A stretch of DNA of 34,517 nt, taken from contig DATLSP010000161.1 of assembly GCA_035534015.1 (NCBI GenBank), positions 1 through 34,517 of the forward strand, written 5' to 3'. Source of the stretch: Nitrolancea sp. Its GTDB lineage: Bacteria; Chloroflexota; Chloroflexia; Thermomicrobiales; Thermomicrobiaceae. The position numbers and the translations under genes were made by a program. Shown here in pieces: positions 20,514 to 28,286 of the stretch; position 1 is the stretch's first letter; every line of letters starts with the position of its first letter. Under the pieces are notes generated by a model. The model did no database searches, was not told the DNA's origin, and saw only the letters and a program-made list of their open reading frames with translations.

Positions 20514-20585
20514 AATTGTCTCGAATACTACCGTGCGACCTGCCGGTACCCTACGCGTCGTCTTCGGTTCGATTAGACGAACCAT
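20442..20585 (-). repeat. 72-bp imperfect in-frame tandem duplication at the 5' end of the sortase gene
   Basis: Copies 20585-20514 and 20513-20442 (read on the minus strand) are identical at 52/72 positions with no gaps, by my manual count. Both begin ATGGTTCGTC and carry a GGTTCG-N6-CGAACC hairpin. The stems are identical and the loops differ (TCTAAT vs TCCGCC). Confidence 0.7.
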
Positions 20586-20684
20586 TGCTGTTCTCCAGTC
20601 GGATAGAGCTGCCCCCGCTACGGGAACAGCCCAATTCCGATCTTCGTCCATGCCGGGTCCTGGTTGGACTGCCGGCTGAAGTCG

Positions 20685-21893
20685 CTAGCGGCGGTATCGC
20701 TTCATCGCGACGAATCCGACGCCGGTGAACAGCAGCGCCAAAGCGGCCATGAGCGCGAAGCGGGATTCTGACGAGGCTCGGGAATTGTCATTCGCGACCA
20801 ATCCAACCGAACCGGTGTTCGGGAAGCTGATAGTCGTCGCCTGTGCAGTCGCGCCTGGCGTTGGCGTCCCCGCAGTGTCGTTCCCCGCCACAGTCGTTCC
20901 GCCATTATTCGTCGACGGCGTTGTTGTCGTTCCCCCACTCGTCGGTGTACTCGTCGCATTACCGGTAGGAGTGGCCTCTGTGCCGCCAGGTGCAACCGGT
21001 GTTCCACTGGAGCCGCCGGTCGGAGGCGTCCCGCCCGCTACTTCCGTCGGTGTTGCGGCCGGCGTCGTTCCCGGTGTCGTGACCGGAGTTGTGGCTGGCG
21101 TCGTTCCCGGTGTCGTGACCGGAGTTGTGGCTGGTGTTGTGACCGGCGTAGTGGTCGGAGTTTCTGGTGCCGCGATGCACCCCGCAATGGTGATGTTGTT
21201 GGTATCCATCGTGACGGCGCCGGTTTGCGCGAGAGCTCGGCCAATGACGCCCGCCCCGGTATTTAGGGTGATGCTCGCAAGCGCGAGAATGTTCCCGGAG
21301 AACGCGGTCGTCGTGCCGAGCGTAGCGGAACTACCGATCTTCCAATAGACGTTGCAGGCTGAACCGCCGTTGATCACGTTAACCGAAGAGTTACTCGCGG
21401 TAGTGAGCGTCGTCTCGATCTGGAAGACGAAGACGGCGCCAGCGTCGCCCTGAGCATCGAGCGTGAGGGCTCCCGTCAACTGGGCCGACGATGAAAAGCA
21501 GTAGACGCCCGGGAGGAGCGTCATCCCACCCAAGTCTTGACCTGTTAAATCATGATCACATGCCTGTGCGCCTAGCGCGTTGTACGCCGTGGTGACGTCA
21601 TTCTGTGCTTGAAGTGCAACCGCATCGGCGCTATGTATGACTCCACCGGTAACGATCCCTGGCGGAAATCCGGAGATTGCGGTCCCTGGGTCGACACCCA
21701 AGCTTCCATAGACAGTGGACGATCCAGTGTTGGTGACGGTGGAGCCGGCCAAAACCGCAAAGTTCTGCGCTGTACCGAGGGATGACGCAGTTGCCGCCTC
21801 CCCTCCCATCGGGAAGGCATTGGCAAAAAGCACCGCACCAATCGCGACGGTTACTAATGCCATCCGGTTGGTCCATCGACTGACTTTGAACAA
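20685..21893 (-). CDS. secreted DUF3494 (ice-binding-like beta-solenoid) surface protein with Thr/Pro linker and C-terminal sorting signal
   Basis: The TTG start at 21893 lies 7 nt after GGAG; an alternative is ATG 21863. Signal peptide: 'MALVTVAIGAVLFANAFPMGGEAATA'. The DUF3494 signature is 'LGTAQNFAVLAGSTVTNTGSSTVYGSLGVDPGTAISGFPPGIVTGG'. A TTP-rich repeat linker precedes the C-terminal 'FPNTG', a TM segment and 'KRYRR'. Confidence 0.85.
   Translation of the reverse strand: MFKVSRWTNRMALVTVAIGAVLFANAFPMGGEAATASSLGTAQNFAVLAGSTVTNTGSSTVYGSLGVDPGTAISGFPPGIVTGGVIHSADAVALQAQNDVTTAYNALGAQACDHDLTGQDLGGMTLLPGVYCFSSSAQLTGALTLDAQGDAGAVFVFQIETTLTTASNSSVNVINGGSACNVYWKIGSSATLGTTTAFSGNILALASITLNTGAGVIGRALAQTGAVTMDTNNITIAGCIAAPETPTTTPVTTPATTPVTTPGTTPATTPVTTPGTTPAATPTEVAGGTPPTGGSSGTPVAPGGTEATPTGNATSTPTSGGTTTTPSTNNGGTTVAGNDTAGTPTPGATAQATTISFPNTGSVGLVANDNSRASSESRFALMAALALLFTGVGFVAMKRYRR
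20688..20825 (-). other. candidate cell-wall sorting signal (FPNTG, 17-aa spacer, hydrophobic segment, KRYRR tail)
   Basis: The last 46 codons read 'FPNTGSVGLVANDNSRASSESRFALMAALALLFTGVGFVAMKRYRR'. The FPNTG codons are at 20811-20825. Confidence 0.6.
21061..21132. repeat. perfect 2 x 36-bp tandem repeat inside the DUF3494 gene
   Basis: GGCGTCGTTCCCGGTGTCGTGACCGGAGTTGTGGCT occurs at 21061-21096 and again at 21097-21132, with degenerate flanking copies. It encodes 'ATTPVTTPGTTP' twice. Confidence 0.95.
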
Positions 21894-22072
21894 TAGGAGC
21901 TCCGATCAAAGGACATATCTTCGCTGCAGCGACATCGTCAAGCGCCTCGATACCGCGCGAGCTCGATACAAAAGGGGATCAATTGAACACGTCAGAGTGG
22001 AAGCGCGATGTACCTCGAAAGTCCCTGCGGAGAACGACTTAATCGCACGACACTAGCTATAGTATGGACATT

Positions 22073-22093
22073 GTCATTGTATAGAACAATGAC
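22073..22093. promoter_or_regulatory. palindromic operator-like site in an AT-rich intergenic region
   Basis: GTCATTGT-ATAGA-ACAATGAC has perfect 8-bp arms and is preceded by the direct repeat CATTGT CATTGT. It lies between the divergent DUF3494 and spermidine-synthase-like genes. Confidence 0.3.
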
Positions 22094-22346
22094 CAATTAG
22101 TACCCCCATATGCGTGTGGATGAATCCGTAAATCGCATCTCAAACATTAGGCAATCAGTTGTTCATTGCAAATATTATGTTCGGTGGATTTCCAATGATT
22201 GAACAAAGGGACTCCTTGATTCAGCGGTAGCGGCGTCGGACATTCGGGTCCAATGGCTTGCTTGGACAGGTCACGATGGTTTCGTTGCCTCGCGCCGGGC
22301 CATTAGCGATATTCGCGAACTCCCCACTGAGCGTTGAGCGTACGGG

Positions 22347-22352
22347 TATAAT
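22347..22352 (+). promoter_or_regulatory. possible -10 box (TATAAT)
   Basis: A perfect TATAAT lies 53 nt upstream of GTG 22405. There is no convincing -35 element. Confidence 0.2.
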
Positions 22353-22404
22353 CGGACGGACGTATCAATGGACGGGAAAACCGTAGCTGACTCCGGGAGA
22401 AAGC

Positions 22405-24009
22405 GTGGCGGCGACCGCATCAACTGACTTGGAGATCGAGCAACCAGCACCGGTCGCCGCCTCTAGTCGACTCTTCCACTGGCTGGTGTTGATTATTGTC
22501 TTCATCGGCGGTACATCGAGTATCGCGATCGAGATCGCTGCTTCGCGATTGCTCGGCCCCTATTTCGGTACATCCACCTTCATATGGGCGAATCTAATCG
22601 GTCTTACGCTCCTCTATCTCTCGATCGGCTATTACTACGGTGGGCGTATCGCCGATCGCTGGCCCAACGCGACGCTACTGTTGATCTTTACCTCGATCGC
22701 CGGCTTCGGTACCGGATTGATCCCGATTCTGTCGCGGCCGATCCTTGAGAAATCGCTGACCGCGTTCTCCAACTACTCGGTTGGCGCGCTTTACGGCTCG
22801 CTCGTCGGCGTCATCTTGCTCTTCGCTGTTCCCGTGACCCTTCTGGGCTTCGTTTCGCCCTATGCGATTCGCCTCAGCTTGAATCGGGTTAACGCCGCCG
22901 GCAACACCGCAGGGTCGCTCTACGCGCTTTCCACGGTCGGCAGTATCATCGGCAGTTTTCTGCCGGTGCTCGTACTGATCCCATCGTTCGGTACCTACTG
23001 GACCTTTTATATGATCGCGCTGGCGCTGCTTGTGACCTCGGCGCTGGGTCTTGTTGTCCTCCACGCACGTTGGGCCGGGCTTGGGGCGATCGTGCTGATC
23101 GCCGTCGTGCTGGCGCTGGCGTTTTTTACCGGCGGTATGTCGATCCGACCGCCGGAGTTCGGTAAGCTCATCCATGAAGAGGAATCGGAGTACAACTATA
23201 TCCAGGTGCTGAAACAGGGCAACGCGACCATTTTGGCCCTCAACGATGGTCATGCGGTGCATTCGATCTACGAGCCCGGTCGCGAGATTTACGGCGGACC
23301 CTGGGATTACTTCACGATTGGACCGTACTTCAATCAAAATGAGAAGCCGGCGGACGTAAAGAACGTGGCGCTGATTGGGTTGGCTGCCGGTACCATGGCA
23401 CAGCAGTTGACAGCGGCGTATGGACCGATCCCAATCGACGGTGTGGAAATCGACCCGAACATCGTCAAGGTTGGCCGCGAGTACTTTAATATGAACGAGC
23501 CGAACCTCAACGTGATTGTTCAGGACGGCCGATACTTCTTGCGAACGACGAACAAGCAATACAGCGTCATCGGTATCGACGCGTACCAGCAACCGTATAT
23601 TCCGTTCCATCTCACAACGAAAGAGTTCTTTCAGGAGGTCGACAACCACCTGGCGCCAGGCGGCGTCGCGATCATCAATGCAGGTCGCACGGATACCGAC
23701 TATCGGCTGGTGGATGTTATTGCCAGCACGATGAAGACGGTTTTCCCCAACGTCTACATCCTCGACGTCGATCAATATGCGAACTCGATCGTCATCGGTA
23801 CGAAGGATCCGACGAACATCGCGAATTTCGCGGCGAACATTAACCAGCTTCAGCCTGGCTTGCTCAAACAAATCGGTCAGATCAGTCTGCAGAGCGGCAA
23901 TATTCGTGAGTGGACGAGCACCGATCCGCAGTGGGTCTTTACCGACGACAAGGCGCCGGTCGAGCGGATCATCGACCAGATCATTGTCGACGCCGCACGC
24001 GGGGAGTAA
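22405..24009 (+). CDS. membrane-fused spermidine-synthase-like (aminopropyl/methyltransferase-fold) protein
   Basis: The GTG start lies 6 nt after GGGAGA. The N-terminal ~230 aa are polytopic. The C-terminal soluble domain has a Rossmann 'VALIGLAAGTMAQQL', plus 'VEIDPNIV', 'DGRYFL' and 'VIGIDAY', matching the SpeE-like layout. Confidence 0.82.
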   Translation: MAATASTDLEIEQPAPVAASSRLFHWLVLIIVFIGGTSSIAIEIAASRLLGPYFGTSTFIWANLIGLTLLYLSIGYYYGGRIADRWPNATLLLIFTSIAGFGTGLIPILSRPILEKSLTAFSNYSVGALYGSLVGVILLFAVPVTLLGFVSPYAIRLSLNRVNAAGNTAGSLYALSTVGSIIGSFLPVLVLIPSFGTYWTFYMIALALLVTSALGLVVLHARWAGLGAIVLIAVVLALAFFTGGMSIRPPEFGKLIHEEESEYNYIQVLKQGNATILALNDGHAVHSIYEPGREIYGGPWDYFTIGPYFNQNEKPADVKNVALIGLAAGTMAQQLTAAYGPIPIDGVEIDPNIVKVGREYFNMNEPNLNVIVQDGRYFLRTTNKQYSVIGIDAYQQPYIPFHLTTKEFFQEVDNHLAPGGVAIINAGRTDTDYRLVDVIASTMKTVFPNVYILDVDQYANSIVIGTKDPTNIANFAANINQLQPGLLKQIGQISLQSGNIREWTSTDPQWVFTDDKAPVERIIDQIIVDAARGE

Positions 24010-24016
24010 CGACTGC

Positions 24017-24808
24017 ATGGATGCGACCCAAGGGAGCAGAACCCCGTTCCGATTCGACAGCCTGGCAGGTTTCCCGCTGATTCATGGCGTGACGACGCGC
24101 GATCTCGAGTTGCCCGGTGAAGGCGACATGAATATCGCGGGACGGCTACCCATCACTGAAGCGTTGACCAATCGGCATACCTGGTCGAGTGCAATTGGTG
24201 TCAACGCGGATGCGCTCGTGTGTGGCCGGCAGGTACACGGCATCAACGTACGAGTGGTCGATGAGCGACACCGAGGGCTCGGCGCACGGGATATAGAAGA
24301 AGCGTTGCCGCAGACTGACGCGCTGATCACGCAGTCGTCAAATCTGCCACTTATGGTCTACACTGCCGACTGTGTCCCCGTGATCGCGTACGATCCAGTG
24401 CGGCACGCGCTCGGCCTGGCGCACGCCGGTTGGCGCGGAACCGTCGGCAATATTGCGGGGCAGCTGGTCGCAGCCATGGCTGCGGAATTCGGTTCGGACC
24501 CGGTCGATTTGATCGTCAAGTTGGGGCCGTCGATCGGGCCCTGCTGCTACGAAGTCGGCGACGAGGTGATTTCGGCATGGAGCAAGAGCGGGCTCGATCC
24601 GCATTCCGACGCCATTCGTAGTGCCGACCCACGCTCGCATCTCGATCTCTGGCGCGCGAACAGCCTGGCGCTCGAAGCATCCGGGGTGCCGTCTGCTCAC
24701 ATCGAGCATTCGGGCCTCTGCACCCGCTGCCATGCTGATCGATTCTTCTCGCGCCGGGCCGGACAGGGTCACCGCGGTCTCTTCGCGACTATCGGACAGC
24801 TAAAATAG
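24017..24808 (+). CDS. pgeF: peptidoglycan editing factor PgeF (YfiH/YlmD, DUF152 family)
   Basis: The tracked ORF from 23777 overlaps the upstream gene; the in-frame ATG is at 24017 ('MDATQGSRTPFRF'). Motifs: 'VHGINV', 'TDALIT', 'YTADCVPV', 'HAGWRGT', 'GPCCYEVG' and 'CTRCHADRFFSRR'. Confidence 0.88.
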   Translation: MDATQGSRTPFRFDSLAGFPLIHGVTTRDLELPGEGDMNIAGRLPITEALTNRHTWSSAIGVNADALVCGRQVHGINVRVVDERHRGLGARDIEEALPQTDALITQSSNLPLMVYTADCVPVIAYDPVRHALGLAHAGWRGTVGNIAGQLVAAMAAEFGSDPVDLIVKLGPSIGPCCYEVGDEVISAWSKSGLDPHSDAIRSADPRSHLDLWRANSLALEASGVPSAHIEHSGLCTRCHADRFFSRRAGQGHRGLFATIGQLK

Positions 24809-24810
24809 AG

Positions 24811-25521
24811 ATGATCGCCGGGGGAAAGGCAGCGGAGCGGATGACGATTGAAGAGAACTATCGTCGAATCTTGAACGAAGTCCGCGCGGCCGAGGAGCGT
24901 AGCGGCCGAACGGCCGGATCAGTGCGCATCGTCGGGGTGACTAAGACGGTGGGGCGCGCTGCGGTCGAACGTAGCTATGCGGCCGGACTGCGCGATTTCG
25001 GCGAGAATCGAGTGCAGGACGCGAAAGAGAAATTCACCCCCCCGATCGCGCCCGACACCCAGCTGCATCTGATTGGCTATCTGCAGACGAACAAGGCGCG
25101 CGACGCGGCCGCACTGTTTGACACGATTCACTCCGTTGATCGGCCGGAACTGATCCAGGCGCTGGAACATCGCGCCGCGGCGATCAACAAGACGCTAAAG
25201 ATCTTGATCCAGGTGAATATCGCCGCCGAAGAGCAGAAACACGGCTGCGAACCAGCCGCCGCGGAGGCACTCGTGCAACAGACGGTCGACTGCCCGCACC
25301 TCGAAATTCGCGGGTTGATGACGATCGCACCGCTCGTGGCGGATCAGGAAGCCGCTCGCCCGGTATTTCGTGCGTTGCGCGATCTGCGCGATCGAATTGC
25401 GTCGGTCGATCCTCGGTTCAAGCTGCCGGAACTGTCGATGGGGATGACCAACGACTTCGTCTCCGCGATCGAAGAAGGTGCCACGATGGTCCGTATTGGT
25501 CGCGCGATTTTTTCTGAATAA
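24811..25521 (+). CDS. yggS: YggS/YlmE-family pyridoxal-phosphate homeostasis protein
   Basis: Motifs: 'VRIVGVTKT' (PLP lysine), 'FGENRVQ', '[10 protein letters not shown]', '[10 protein letters not shown]' and 'VRIGRAIF'. An alternative start at ATG 24841 ('[10 protein letters not shown]') fits family N-termini better. Confidence 0.88.
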   Translation: MIAGGKAAERMTIEENYRRILNEVRAAEERSGRTAGSVRIVGVTKTVGRAAVERSYAAGLRDFGENRVQDAKEKFTPPIAPDTQLHLIGYLQTNKARDAAALFDTIHSVDRPELIQALEHRAAAINKTLKILIQVNIAAEEQKHGCEPAAAEALVQQTVDCPHLEIRGLMTIAPLVADQEAARPVFRALRDLRDRIASVDPRFKLPELSMGMTNDFVSAIEEGATMVRIGRAIFSE

Positions 25522-25581
25522 GATCGTCTGGGATATGTAGCATGAGTTTTGTTCGCCTCGATACGCAGCCGCGCTAGATCT

Positions 25582-26382
25582 ATGCTAATTACATCCTTTG
25601 GCAGTGGCAGCAATGGGAATGCGTTCCTGGTCCAGAGCGGGACGACCTCGCTATTGATCGACGCTGGAGTGCCGATTCGTTTACTCCGCTCCGGTCTGAA
25701 ACAAGCGGGCGTCGACGACGGCCAATTGACCGCCGCGCTCATATCGCACGAACATATCGACCACGTACGATCACTCCCGCAACTACTCCGTTACCAAACC
25801 GCTCCAGTTCTGGCAACCGGAGGGACCATTCGCGCGCTAAGATCGACCGTCACCGACTGGTCGCGAATCACGCCCGCTGAGTGTTTCGTCGTTGGCGCTC
25901 TAACGGTCACGCCAATTGGCGTCTCGCATGACGCGGAAGAGCCCGTTGGCTTCTTGATTCAAGAGGGGGACGTTCGAGCGGCGATATTTACCGATCTCGG
26001 CGAAGCGAACACCGATGTCTGTGCCGCGCTAAGCGGCGCGGCGCTCATCGTCCTTGAATCGAACTACGACGAGCGGATGTTGCAGGCCGGTCCTTATCCC
26101 GCACATTTGAAACGCCGGATTCGCGGACCACTCGGGCACCTTGGCAACCACGCCTGTGCCGAACTGCTGGTAGGACACGTCGGCAAGCAGACCTCGGACG
26201 TCTGGCTGGCGCATCTTTCGGAAAAGAACAATCGCCCGGATATCGCGCGCACTGCGGCCGAATTACGGCTTACGGTTTGCGCAGTCTGCCCAAGGGTCAC
26301 AACGGTTCCGAGATTCGGCACCAGCATCTCCTGGGATTCCGACTTGATTCAGGAACGCCCGCGACAAGCGTCGCTTTTCTAG
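25582..26382 (+). CDS. MBL-fold metallo-hydrolase (YycJ-like)
   Basis: ATG 25582 gives '[26 protein letters not shown]'. The HxHxDH motif is 'SHEHIDH'. A TTG at 25549 is an alternative start. Confidence 0.8.
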   Translation: MLITSFGSGSNGNAFLVQSGTTSLLIDAGVPIRLLRSGLKQAGVDDGQLTAALISHEHIDHVRSLPQLLRYQTAPVLATGGTIRALRSTVTDWSRITPAECFVVGALTVTPIGVSHDAEEPVGFLIQEGDVRAAIFTDLGEANTDVCAALSGAALIVLESNYDERMLQAGPYPAHLKRRIRGPLGHLGNHACAELLVGHVGKQTSDVWLAHLSEKNNRPDIARTAAELRLTVCAVCPRVTTVPRFGTSISWDSDLIQERPRQASLF

Positions 26383-26450
26383 TCAGATGACGACGTGAAG
26401 CACCATGTTCGTTTGTTGGACGTGTCGCGACCATCGTTAATGCGTTTCGC

Positions 26451-28271
26451 TCAATCGTCGTCGGAGATCGCCGGCAGTTCCTGCGATCGAAACTGCATGG
26501 TGTACAGGTTGAAGTAGGTTCCGCGCCGTTCAAGTAACTCTTCGTGGGTGCCGGTCTCCACGATGCGGCCATGGTCGAGCACGACGACCATCGAGACGGC
26601 CTTGATCGTCGACAGGCGGTGTGCGATCAAGAACGACGTTCGACCGCGCAGCAGCGTATTCAGCGCCTGCTGGATGATAATCTCGGTCTCGGTATCGACA
26701 CTCGACGTCGCTTCGTCCAGCACGATAATACGCGGATCACAGAGTAAGGCTCGCGCGAACGAGATAAGTTGCCGCTGACCGACTGAGAGCGTCGCCCCGC
26801 GCTCGTGAACTTCGGTGTCGTAGCCGTCGATCAACTTCTCGATGAACGGATGAGCACCGACCGCTTTCGACGCGGCGATAATCTCATCGAGCGAAGCGTC
26901 GGGTCGACCATAGGCAATGTTTTCGCGGACCGTCCCGGCAAAGAGAAACGTATCTTGCAGCACGATGCCGAACTGCGAGCGCAGCGACTGCTGGGTTACT
27001 TCGCGGATATCATAGCCATCAATCCGAATGCTCCCGCTCCACACGTCATAAAAGCGCGTCAACAGGTTGATCATCGACGACTTTCCTGCGCCAGTTTCGC
27101 CGACGAACGCGACGGATTGGCCAGGACGCACCTTCAAGTTCATACCGTGGAGCACCGGCGTATGCTCGTAACCGAAGACGACGTCGTCGAATTCGACTTC
27201 GCCCTGCACGCGCGGGAGTTGGATCGCCTTGGGAGCGTCGACGATGTCCGGCTGCACATCTTCAAGTGCAAAGACGCGCTCACCGGCGACCATGGCCGCC
27301 TGCATTGTGTTGTACTGCTGGCTTAGATCGCGAACCGGCTCGTAGAAGCGCGAAATATATGCGATGAAGGTGAAGAGTTCACCAATGGTAAATGCAGAGC
27401 CCCCGAGGATAATTCGACCGCCGACAAACAAAACCAGCCCGGTCGCTGACGCTTCTACGACTTGCACGAACGGAAACAGGATTGCCGAGTACTTCGCGGC
27501 CGTCACACTCGCATCCAGGTTATCGCCGTTGATGTTGTTGAAGACGCGAATGTTCTGCATCTCGCGCGCGAACGCTTGCGAGACGCGTACCCCGGCAATA
27601 CTCTCGGCCAGGTTGGCGTTCACGCGTGCGATCGTGATCCGCATACTGCGATACGCCGAGATCGCGTGTTTGCGCCACCAGACCATCATCAAGGCCATTA
27701 CTGGCGTCACCGCGAACGTCAACAGTGCCAGTTTCGGGTTCGTCAGAAGCATGACGATGATGATCCCGACGAGGATCGCGAGGTCCGCCAGAATGCTGAC
27801 CAGGCCATCTGAGAAAAGGTCGTTGATGACGCTCACATCGTTTTGCAGGCGCGACATGATCGAGCCGACGCCACGCTGATCGATGTAGCGAATACTCAGT
27901 CGCTGCAGATGGTGGAAGAGCTTCGAGCGCAGCTCAAGGACCACGTTTTGCCCGATCCACGACGCGAAATACGTCTGTCCGTAGTAGGCAAGAAAGCGGA
28001 TGAAAATTGAGACCGCGAGGATCGGGACCAAGAAATTCAACGCCGGCATACCGCTGCGCCCAAAGAACGAACGCGGCGAATCGGGATTCACCACATCGAT
28101 GCCGACCCCGAAGAGATAGGGCAGCGCAAGATCGGCCGTGGCGGTCGTCATCATCAGGATGACCGTTACCGTGAGTTGTTTGCGGTAAGGCAGCGCCTCC
28201 TTAGCGAGTCGCCGAGCGATGCGGCTGTCGTATGCCTTACCGAGAATATCGTCTGGATCGGCGTATTGCAT
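26451..28271 (-). CDS. ABC exporter, fused permease/ATPase (second subunit of a heterodimer)
   Basis: 606 aa with a 6-TM domain and an NBD. Walker A 'GETGAGKSS', deviant signature 'LSVGQRQ', Walker B 'IIVLDEATS', H-loop 'IAHRL'. Confidence 0.92.
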   Translation of the reverse strand: MQYADPDDILGKAYDSRIARRLAKEALPYRKQLTVTVILMMTTATADLALPYLFGVGIDVVNPDSPRSFFGRSGMPALNFLVPILAVSIFIRFLAYYGQTYFASWIGQNVVLELRSKLFHHLQRLSIRYIDQRGVGSIMSRLQNDVSVINDLFSDGLVSILADLAILVGIIIVMLLTNPKLALLTFAVTPVMALMMVWWRKHAISAYRSMRITIARVNANLAESIAGVRVSQAFAREMQNIRVFNNINGDNLDASVTAAKYSAILFPFVQVVEASATGLVLFVGGRIILGGSAFTIGELFTFIAYISRFYEPVRDLSQQYNTMQAAMVAGERVFALEDVQPDIVDAPKAIQLPRVQGEVEFDDVVFGYEHTPVLHGMNLKVRPGQSVAFVGETGAGKSSMINLLTRFYDVWSGSIRIDGYDIREVTQQSLRSQFGIVLQDTFLFAGTVRENIAYGRPDASLDEIIAASKAVGAHPFIEKLIDGYDTEVHERGATLSVGQRQLISFARALLCDPRIIVLDEATSSVDTETEIIIQQALNTLLRGRTSFLIAHRLSTIKAVSMVVVLDHGRIVETGTHEELLERRGTYFNLYTMQFRSQELPAISDDD

Positions 28272-28286
28272 CTACCCTCGTCAAAC

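Noticed and set aside
21049-21140. Short tandem repeats as a possible CRISPR or other non-coding array.
   Set aside because: The repeats are contiguous with no spacers, in frame, and encode the Thr/Pro stalk of a protein.
20725-21348. A 207-aa plus-strand Val/Gly/Pro-rich ORF.
   Set aside because: It is the mirror image of the Thr/Pro repeat region of the DUF3494 gene. Its repetitive composition is a by-product of the sense-strand repeats.
22017-22024. 'GAAAGTCC', resembling the RNase P RNA P4 core.
   Set aside because: None of the other universally conserved RNase P blocks occur in the spacer (e.g. the GGTGCGGTAAGAGC-like and ACAGAACCCGGCTTA-like segments).
22675-24018. A 447-aa ORF on the minus strand, the longest unexplained ORF in the track.
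   Set aside because: It lies entirely antisense to the well-supported spermidine-synthase-like gene. Its composition is Arg/Asp/Val-rich and low-complexity with no motifs, which is the typical shadow ORF of a high-GC gene.
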